From Bigelowiella natans CCMP2755 (lineage: Eukaryota > Protista > Cercozoa), in assembly GCA_000320545.1 (NCBI GenBank), contig ADNK01003277.1, positions 17,912-81,911 on the forward strand: a DNA stretch of 64,000 bases, written 5' to 3'. Position 1 is the first letter of the stretch; each line of letters opens with the position of its first letter. Position numbers and translations under genes: made by a program. The notes beneath the pieces were generated by a model, which was given only the letters and a program-made list of their open reading frames with translations, was not told the DNA's origin and made no database searches. This document shows positions 54,556 to 64,000 of this stretch, one piece after another.

Positions 54556-55616
54556 ACGCCCTATAAAAGCCCCACGTCCATCTAGAAACCTACAACATAT
54601 GAACATATAGGCTGCAAGGTTTTAATGGCACACATCTTTATATGTGTGTACCTTTCCTTGCGTATCTTACTATGGACTATATGCACAGCTATGTGCACAG
54701 CTCCGATGGGGGCGAATGTAAATTACGCTATGGATTATATAATTGCACAGTGTCTGTCTTCCAGACACTGCACAATCATGGGGGCGAATGTGGAACAAAG
54801 ACAGGATACCTACAAAACAAGAACAAGATATAAGGCTATATACTACGAGATACCTACGAAATTAAAAATAAATAAGACAGAAAAAAACTGCCTTCCCTGT
54901 GTGGAGGTGTGGAAGAACAATGTCGCTATGACCAGAGTATGATGCCTTCAGACCCACGAAGGCAGACTGTATTCTCTTCGGCATTCCTTCTCGATCTGGC
55001 ATGGCTGCAACCCAGCCAGCCAACAGTATTTGGAGCCCAGCCCGCAATTTCGTCTCTCAGGGAAGAGCTCCATTGGGGGACGTGGACGTGTACGTAGCTC
55101 GCCTCATCACAAGAGGTGGGGCAAGGTGAAGAGTTAAAAGCACGGTCGATCGAAGTTCCTAAATTTGGGGACCTGACTATGGGAAACCAGATCGGTGTTC
55201 CAGAATGTTCCAGAATGTTCCAGAATGTTCCAGAATGTTTTCTGGAAGCACGTGAGGGATTCCAGAATTTTTTCTGGAAGCACACTGGTGTCGTTTAAAA
55301 AATTAATTTTTTGGACAAGTCCCAGTTCGTACCGAAATGGTGGCACCTTGCCCAGTCAGGCAAGAATTTTTCCTGCCGATTTCGGAGTGCACCATGCCCA
55401 TGGCACCTTGCCCAGTTGCAAGCCTGGGAATTTTGTGCCTCTGCACAGAGTTTCAGGCGTCTGGTGGTGCGATGTTTGGTCGGCAAAATTTTGCCAACCA
55501 TTCGGACTCCGAAACCTTTGGGAATGGCGTCCATGTGCAGCACCGTGCAAAAGTTCTGTCACCATGGCAGAAATGGCACGTGCACATCAGCACTCTGATC
55601 GTGGTCACCACGTCCA

Positions 55617-55624
55617 TGGGGGCG
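55617..55624 (+). other. Short G-rich polypurine-tract-like element before the 3' LTR
   Basis: tgggggcg abuts TGTCAG. Confidence 0.6.
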
Positions 55625-56040
55625 TGTCAGCGGTCTGGCCGCGCCACCCACGATCAAGGAGCTGTCGCAGCATGCGCACGTCCACTCGTGCTGCACGCTG
55701 CGCTGCGCACATGCGCATGGAAGTTCTCAGAACTTCGGGAATCTTCGAGAAGCTTCGAGAATCTTCCAGAAGCTTCGAGAACATTCCGGAAGATTCGAGA
55801 ATCTTCCAGAATCTTCGAGAGCATTCCGGAAGCTTCGAGAATCTTCCAGAGAATTCGAGAGAATTCTGGAAGATTCGAGAATCTTCGCGAATGCGCCGGA
55901 ACCCAATGCGCACATGCATGCAGCGCAAGTCACAAGTCATCAACACAATTCAAACGCACACAGGACCGCGTGTTGACACTCAGTGACATCAGCACAGTCC
56001 CGCGCACAAAAGCTAAGCAGCTACCGCAAGCCCGCTAAAA
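55625..56040 (+). repeat. 3' LTR
   Basis: 416 bp, one mismatch to the 5' LTR, followed by the TSD GTGAC. Confidence 0.95.
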
Positions 56041-56267
56041 GTGACGCAGCAGACCTGTGCACCACACCCCACATTTCATTTCCCATCTGCCGTCAGTGGG
56101 GGAACGACACAAAATTTTCATTTCAAAAATTCACCTGCTGACGACCCACTGCTGAACTGAATTGCTAGAATGACATGATGAAAATCACAGCAGGCACATC
56201 CCATGTGTTTTGTAAAAACAATCTTTGTCAAAAATGACACAGCAAAAAATCATCGCACTGTTGCCCG

Positions 56268-56997
56268 TCACTGTCGTCTTTGTGTGCAAGGCCATTGAGG
56301 GGAAGTTCTCTCGAAATGGAACACGTCGCAATGGATTTTCACGTCGTCGTTTTCCGGCCAGAAGTGAGAGGTCTCTCCAATGCGGAACTTGTGCATCTGT
56401 CCTGGAACGATTCTTGTCCACGCGAATTTTTCATTGATTGTTCTTTTTGTCGAACGAACCGCGGAAAAAGACATTCGTTTCGCTCCGATCTGCTTTGCCA
56501 AGTCGGAAACATGGTGCATCTTCAAGGTGTGACTCTTGGCATCAGCAACGTCAATGAGATGAAGCACTTTCTCCCCCTTGAATCGATGGATGCGAACTGC
56601 ATCGAATGCTGCATTGTTCCACACCAGAGGCACTGCCCAAACCTGTTCGCCATCTTTCACATCCTCATTATATCATGTGTGTTTTTTTCAGATCTCCAGC
56701 AGTTTCGTGTTCGTGGACGGCATGGGCTTTCCAATCAACTGGAGCATTTTTTGAGTCGGCAACGCGCGCGCTGCGCGTGATCATCACAGTGAGCAACATT
56801 TCGCTTGAACGTGGTTGTGAGTCCTTTTGAAGTGTCCTGATGTGCCATGTGTGCACGTGGTCTCGATCGGTGCCCACGTTTAGACGTGCAAATCCGTTCC
56901 ACGCTCGCCCGGCCATGGCATCGTCCTCGATCGGTAGCTCGCACTTGCTGCGTGCAAGTGATGGGTCTTCGGCAACAAAATGAAAAGTTAGTTGCAC
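56268..56997 (-). pseudogene. Probable degenerate coding relic (two out-of-frame ORFs, no Tyr) in TA-depleted DNA
   Basis: The 109-aa and 130-aa ORFs look globular but lack Tyr and are His-rich (DRDHVHTWHI, AHAVHEH, SHTLKMHHV). Confidence 0.35.
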
Positions 56998-57623
56998 ATG
57001 TTGTCAACCTAGCAACGTCGCAGCATGCACACTAGCATGTGTCAGCCCAGTCAGCCCATTGCACACGCTAGCACGTCGCTAATCGCTAATCTTTGCGCGT
57101 GATCGATGCGCTTGCATGTTGTCGAATCAAAAGCATGTGTTGCGGCCATGCACAACTGCAACCAGGTGCATGGCTAAATGAAAGGTACTGGGACGTGAGC
57201 AAGCAACGTGCGCACAACTAGCTAAATCGATGCGGACTTGTAGACATCTAGCAGACATTGACAGAATTGTAGCTAAATCTAGAAATGACATGCATGCCTA
57301 GCTACTAGTCCATTTCTACGAGCCACGAGCAGCGACTGAAAATTTATGGTCGCATCGTGCCTTCAGATGCTGTTCGCAAGAGAGAATCGGAATCAAGAAT
57401 AAAAAAGCTTAGGTGGTGAAACACGTACTTTGCATTGGCCCATGCATGGCAGTGCCACAGTCCACACCTTGCATGGTTGTCCTCCCATCATGCATCCACG
57501 TTGCAGGTGCGCAATTTCCGACTCGGATTCACATTCAGTTTTGCATGGATGAGTGCATAATTTCATGACTGATTAGATGAGAGACAGAATCGTTGCAGTG
57601 TACAACGCATTGGAACCAGCAAG

Positions 57624-58410
57624 TTACAGAGGTTTGGGGGAAGGAAGCAACCGAGACCCTTCCCACACTGCGCCCCGACAACGAACAGCAATGCCAGCGG
57701 CAAAATGGCCACTTTCAACAGCCTGGTTTGAGTCTAAAGAATGCCTGATATGATGAGAAATTAACAACATCTGGTGAAAACAAATTGTTTCAATGGCAAG
57801 CATACTCAAAACCAAAAATCGACATTGTGAGGTATGTTAAGTGAAAAGAGTAAGCTACTTGTAGCTGCCATTGATTGCCACCACACAAATTCTGACTAGT
57901 GAAACTTGCTTACCCTGCTGCAATAGCTGCGAGATAGCCACCGACAAAGGCATCACCAGCGCCATTCGTGTCAACAACAGGCCCCAGTTTGTAGTCTAAA
58001 TCATCATTATCGACTATGCAGCCATCATTGCCAGTCTTAATTGCAATCTTCTGTCCGTTATTACCCTGCTGCTCATGATCTCCAACATAAATTGGGTACT
58101 CTTTTATGGTGATAGCTGTTGCATCATTGCCTTCTTCTTCTTCTTCTTCTTCTTCTTCTTCTTCTGAGCAATCCCTAGAATTATTAAACCTTGTGAAATT
58201 TGCACACAAGCCTTGATAAATGAATAAATTGCAGTGACATACATAGCTGTCATTGTTGGCAGAAAGGAGAAAGTAGTGGCGTGTACAGCTGCCATGGACC
58301 TTCTTGTACTTATGGGAGATCTGGTCGCAATCAAGGTCGTATTAGCGCCACGAGTGACTGCCTGTTGTAATGTTTCAGTAAGATAAATTTATAATGCTGT
58401 TTCTCTTACT

Positions 58411-58464
<54 letters not shown>

Positions 58465-60023
58465 CCTCTCTCGGTGTGTGTGTGTGTGTGTGTGTGTGTA
58501 TAATAATCTAAGAGAGCATCATGTTCAATTGATATCATCATAATAGGCACCACAGTAGCTCCTGGTAGTAGTAGATGTGTGGCAATTGTTTTTGCCGCAT
58601 CTCTTGCAGTCATTGAAGTATGGGGAGAAGAAGACACCGTAGTAGTAGTAGTAGTAGTAGCAGCAGCAGTAGTAGTTTTATCTGACCATAGTGCATATAA
58701 CTTAAAGTAATCTAAGAAGACGAAAATGAATTGCAACAACACCGAAGCTAGTTCTTACGTGGAATTATCAATCATCAATACTATCAGGCATCAATATCAG
58801 TCATCATGATCCCAACAAATAACATCAATACTACTACCCAAATAATAATAAATAATAAAAATATTAATAATAAATAATAAAAATATTAATGATGGTAGTA
58901 ATAATACTACCTTGTTTCTGGTCTTGGAGGAGCATCTTCTTCTTCCCCATATTTTTCTTGTGTAGAAATGACTTGTTCTTGTGTGGAAATGACTTGTTCT
59001 TCTGCAATGCGAGAGCTAACGTCTTTGCCTCCGATTCATTTGAGAAAAGGAGTGACTTATTGAAAAGAAGGAAACCAAAGGAGGAGGAGGAGGAGGAAGA
59101 GGAGGGGGAATTTGGTCAGATTATAAGTCAGTCCTCACCTTACATTTCACGCATGGATATTGACAACTGCGATAATTTAAATTGACTTTTCCATATCTTA
59201 GAGGAATGCTCTTAAAGTAGTACTAGTAGTGTGTATCTTTCGTCTCCATCAAACATCGTGATCTCCTCATCGCTTCTTCAATCGTTATATATCTTTCATC
59301 TACAGACAACTTCTTACAGTTCTTGGTAGGAGTGAGATCACGCGCTTCCTTATCTCCACAGAGGCTTTATTGGCAGAAGAAACAGCAAGTTGTGAAATCG
59401 CAATGATGTCAACCTCCATAACAACATTGATCGTAGATAGATTATCGTCTAGCTTACGTTTTACGTCTAGTGATACAACGATATATCATTTACTTCCTCT
59501 CAAATATGATCAAGGCTGCCAATCATGATCCTATTACTGTGTGCTGCATCTAGTTTCTCTCACTCCTCTCTATTTTCACTATGTTTTTCATGCACTCATC
59601 AACGGCACATACATGGGGTAGCTATAAAATATCCCACAATATTTCTGGTATATAAGGAAGGATCTTTGAATGACAACTGGAGAGGTCGTTAGTGTAAAAT
59701 ACTCATTGAAATATTTTGAATGTTACTATTCTTATTCTTCTTCTTCGTATTATTATTATAAAATCATCACCTCCAAGCATTGAAGCACTAGAGAGATTTA
59801 GTGCGAACAGTTTTCCTGCTTTCTGTGCATATGAGGCCATGTAATCGACAGCCTTGAACCGATCCTCTGTGCTTGTCAAAAATGACGTACAATAAAGAAT
59901 CTAGGAAGAAAATATGGGGGGGAGTAGGAGGAGGAACAAGAATAAGGATAAGAATATTGCAAAATCAATGAGTGAATCAACGATTCAATGAAAAATGACG
60001 TACGTACCCAATAACGCTACGAG

Positions 60024-60058
<35 letters not shown>

Positions 60059-60782
60059 GATGCCCGACTACTCCATGATGTATTAGTATTTCTCACCTCT
60101 GCTTCTTCTATCGCTTTATGAGCTGGGGAGGATGGACAAGTAATGAATTTGGAATCTAAGTGCCTAATATTTTTGTTAATATTTTGGTTATATATTGTAT
60201 TGATAGTAGCAGTATGATGATTTTAATCTATAATTGCAAGATAAAGTGTTCAATGATGTTGCAAACACGTCAGATTAAACATGAAAAATGATCAATTATA
60301 GATGATATGTATGCTTGTTATGTACAACCTGTACGCACCCCGAACGGCAACAATGGATCTGATGACGACAGAGGAGAATTGCAGAGTAAGAAACATCATC
60401 AGTACAATTATGATGATGATAGTGCTGCACATAGTTCTTGACCTTCTTCTTCTTCTTCTTCTTCAACTATTACTATTGTTATTATTATTATCATGATCAT
60501 CAGCTAGCACCTATCTCCACTCTCTTCTGGCACGAGAATAGCACATTGACCTGTTGGAACTCCCTAAATTACAACAACAAAGAACAAAGAAAGAACAGCC
60601 ATAACAGATTCGTTTCATCTATTCTTCTTCTTCTTCTTCGTCGTTTTCTTCTTCTTCTCTTTGTTAATTACACAATGATATTCTTTCCCGTTATTATCAT
60701 TAGAGCGTCTTTTCTTTCTCTCTCTAGAGCATCAAGCTTAATGTTGACATGGATTTGTAGGTGTACTGATCTTACCACCACC

Positions 60783-60816
<34 letters not shown>

Positions 60817-61303
60817 ACGAATCACCTGTATTTTTTGAAAGAGAGGTCTTACCTGAATAACAATAATTGTTTTGGCGGTTTATTTTATACATTCAGGAAA
60901 TAATATAACATCTTTGAATCCGCACACTATGCTGATCGACGACTAACAATGAACGTATGATGCCATGCTTCTTAAGATTAAATATTATTTGCTACGTTTG
61001 CTTTGCGGAGAGCAGTCTCAAGACGGTGTCCTGGCTCATCGTCTCCAACAGCTCCTAGTATTAGTTGAAAACACAAAAAGAAATGGTATATTCATTCCTT
61101 CTTAGGCGTAAGAGAGTTAGATATAACTCACATATCATGCCAAAAGCGCACCCAAAATAACAACAAAAACAGCCTTTAACTCTGGTATTCCTTTTCCTAT
61201 TCTAGCCCCACAAGCGAATTTCAAACAAACACTTGATGCTATCATCTATATGATCAGAGAATGATATGTAGTAGCACTGTGGTGTGCGTTATGTTGTGAG
61301 TGC

Positions 61304-61339
<36 letters not shown>

Positions 61340-62124
61340 GTGGCAACAACCTAACCTTACCTATACAGACGCATGCTTGTATATCACTGCTACCAGCAGC
61401 ACCATCTAAGAACCCCTCTGCATCATCGCCAGCACTCGTGCCGCTACTTTCATCATTTCTTGCCAGATTGCCTAATGCCCATTGCAATGCCATGGCTGTG
61501 TTAACAGCACTACCCCCCGCAGAAGATGCTGAGGCGGGATTTTGTTTAACATTTTGAAGAATATTTATTGTTGCATCTCTTGGGAGAGATCTGGTCTCCT
61601 GGCCCTCGGAGAGGCCAAGCTCTTGGAGAGTTTTCGAGGAAATTGACAGACTCACGTCTAACATTGGGTTCCCAGCTGCGTGGTAGTAGTGTGCATCATA
61701 ACACGGTGAAAAGTGATGACCATTAATGGATTATTCTCACCGGTAGTACATCATCATAAGAATCATGCATGCAGAGTTGTTATTGGCAATACTACAGAAA
61801 TCAAGAAAGAGAGGCAGCACAATACTGCAACTCATGATTAGAGCATTGATGAGTCAGTGACGGACAACCGAGAACTACGACTCCAGTGTTGAGTTTCTTT
61901 TTCCCGCCATTCTTTTTATCGATATTATCGAGGCCCTCCTTATTATTCGCATCATCACCATCATTATCCATGGTTGTCCCCCCCTTGATTCATGTCATCA
62001 TCACCGTCTGAATTCTTGCTATCATCCATGTCATCATCACCGTCTTGGGCTTGGAGAGGAGGACCATAGCTCCGAGGGATGCAATGCATCTGTGCGGTCT
62101 CCCTCTACCAATTGTGAAGGCCAT
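57624..62124 (-). CDS. ADK: Adenosine kinase-like PfkB carbohydrate kinase (multi-exon)
   Basis: Exons: VVL|AGNPMLDVS, AGGSAVNT, AVGDDEPG, GVPTGQCAILV, RSIVAVRGA, KLFALNLS, LFSNESEA, VTRGA, VVDTNGAGDAFVGGYLA (PfkB signature), GHFAAG..RG..*. The start is uncertain. Confidence 0.85.
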
Positions 62125-62167
62125 CTTTCTTCCTGTTCCTGCTCCTCCTCCCCCCCTCCTCCTTCGG

Positions 62168-62882
62168 ATGTTCTGTTATATTGTTACATGTATCTTAATC
62201 ATAGTCTATTTTGTTTCTGCGACAACGATTCGCAGCATCAAATATCGTGTCGCGCCATCCAAAACCTACTGATATGAGTTGTCGCACCAAAGAAATGCCA
62301 AATGTCCACAAGCATTGGCCACACAAGCAAGCAGTGCTCTAAAAAACATGACAATGACGACGACGATGATGATGATGATGATGGCGCTCAAATGCTTCAC
62401 AGCCGTTGCGAGTCCCTTCGATCCGCAACCCCATCCTCCTCTTCTCATTCAGCCTTTCATCGATGGGTGGTTTGTACGAGTCATCGATCATGCTCAGAAC
62501 TTGAGCTTTGCCACTATCTTTGCATCTCACCAAGCACCGAGGCAGAAGCACTACAATGACAGCTTCTCTGTAACTTGTCAATAATATATAGCAGGATGTA
62601 CATTGTGTTTTTAAAAAATGGTTTCTATTCATATATTCTTCCAGCAACACAGGGGTTTTAATGTCGTATCACTTCCCAATGTTAAAAGATAACATTTCGG
62701 TATTTTTCACGAAATTCACTACAACAGACACTCTTGCTATCACTACCCGGCAAACCAATGCGTATAGAGCAGCGAAAGTTTTCCCAGTCGCATGTTAGCA
62801 TCATTGCCAGAAGCTCATCTCATTCAGGGACCAAGTCATCCTTCAGGTAATGATAATAATAATAATAAAGCATGTTTTTAGC

Positions 62883-62917
<35 letters not shown>

Positions 62918-63617
62918 ACAAAGTAGGACGTGGTTGATTTGGTCTTATCCGTTGTTATTTTATTCGTAGAATTGAGACTGAGGGACTTGGTTACTTTGAC
63001 GTGAATGATTCGGTTGGCACGATGTCCTACGAATATCCATCCTTTCTAGGAGTCAGAGTTTAAGTTAACATCACAAATCGTGTACCGTGAAACATTCATG
63101 AGCCAGACTCTGATGGGCCTATGGGACCTATACTCTCTCGTTTTCCACTTCCAACCAAGTAAAGAAATCATTCCTATTATCTTGATTATACTGATTATTC
63201 ATGCCATGTTGATGATCCCTTCATTTGAATCGGTAACATTTTGTTTCGAGTCGCCATCATTATCATCATCATCCTCATTGCCATTATCATCTGCCATTTC
63301 AGATATTACGTTCACTCGTTTGCTTCACGTGCAGAGTATGCAGTGTCAGATAGCAAGAGTGGTGAAATCATAAAGAAGGGCATGGCCTTTGCTCACATGG
63401 AAAAGAATTGGGGCAACGTCCGCTTAAACACCCACCACGCAAATGATATATGAGATAGATGATGATGATCACTCAAAATTATAAAACAGATCATAATGAC
63501 ACTATTAACTATGTGGGTTAGTTGAGCATGGAGAGAAATACTCTGCACAATCGTATTTAACACTGCTGCTTCATGTTTTTCCTTTTCTTCCTCCCCTAGA
63601 TCCTTTATTAGAGATAT

Positions 63618-63655
<38 letters not shown>

Positions 63656-64000
63656 GCCCTGCTGCTTGAACCCCCTTCCCAATTGCTTGGATGTCCTCCT
63701 CCCGCGATTGGCATGATTAACGGTAGCATAGCTGAATGATTACGAAGATGCTTAAGAAATATAATTCTTATATCAGTACCACTTATTCGCAAATGATGTT
63801 ATCTTATCTGCTCCTTGTCGTAAACTCAGGATCACTCATTTGAGCTGGTAGCTACTTCCTGCATGGTATCTCATTTAGTACCCAAAGTGAGTGTGATAGC
63901 GCTGAGAGCTCCAAATATACACTGGGACTTCAGGCTCTTAAATGAGCATTCTTTCAAGTACAATCGATACAGTCTGACCAAAGATATAGGTAAAACGATG
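62168..64000 (+). CDS. Tocopherol-cyclase-like (VTE1-related) protein, partial
   Basis: Segments PHP..PFIDGWFVRV..SFATIF, GPMGPILSRFPLPT|.YYVHSFAS, AHMEKNWG and PFPIAW resemble the FEGWY and EKNWG..FP..W blocks of tocopherol cyclases. The start is uncertain and the gene continues past the window. Confidence 0.6.

Larger units (their letters stand above)
49527..56040 (+). mobile_element. Full-length, recently inserted Ty1/copia LTR retrotransposon
   Basis: Two 416-bp LTRs, 5-bp TSD GTGAC (49522-49526 and 56041-56045), PBS, PPT and an intact single gag-pol ORF in copia order. Confidence 0.97.

Noticed and set aside
48983-57620. CpG methylation decay or fungal RIP as the cause of the TG/CA excess
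   Set aside because: CpG is plentiful here and TA is absent. RIP would raise TA, and CpG decay would not remove it.
355-63792. Numerous poly-S/T/I/HT/RE/YI ORFs in the ORF track
   Set aside because: They are translations of intronic microsatellites or antisense shadows of real exons.

Overview
This is intron-rich, microsatellite-laden, AT-rich eukaryotic nuclear DNA. The N-terminal hydrophobic plus Arg-rich presequence on PNPase suggests an alga with a secondary plastid, possibly chlorarachniophyte-like (inference). Most listed ORFs are exon fragments or microsatellite read-throughs. Splicing GT-AG introns by eye recovers these genes: AlaX editing protein (-), DDX6/Dhh1 (+), APE2 (-), MED7 (+), PNPase (-), Ssu72 (+), an EF-hand protein (+), an intronless mannitol-1-phosphate dehydrogenase-like gene (-) head-to-head with a polyol-transporter-like MFS gene (+), adenosine kinase (-), a tocopherol-cyclase-like gene (+) and a few hypothetical genes. 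A young, intact Ty1/copia element lies at 49527-56040, with 416-bp LTRs differing at one site, a GTGAC target-site duplication, TG...AA termini and a 15-unit heat-shock-element-like array in each LTR. The most striking signal is compositional. Five intergenic patches, each apparently between tail-to-tail gene pairs, are depleted of TpA or keep it mainly as CTAG, and are rich in TG/CA/TGCA/CATG. About 930 bp starting right at a stop codon (48983-49915) contain no TA at all. The pattern looks like localized A:T-to-G:C hypermutation at TpA (an inverse of fungal RIP) in transcription-termination zones, and it also appears to have marked the retroelement's U3/R but not its ORF or LTR tail. Exon coordinates were read by eye and are approximate.
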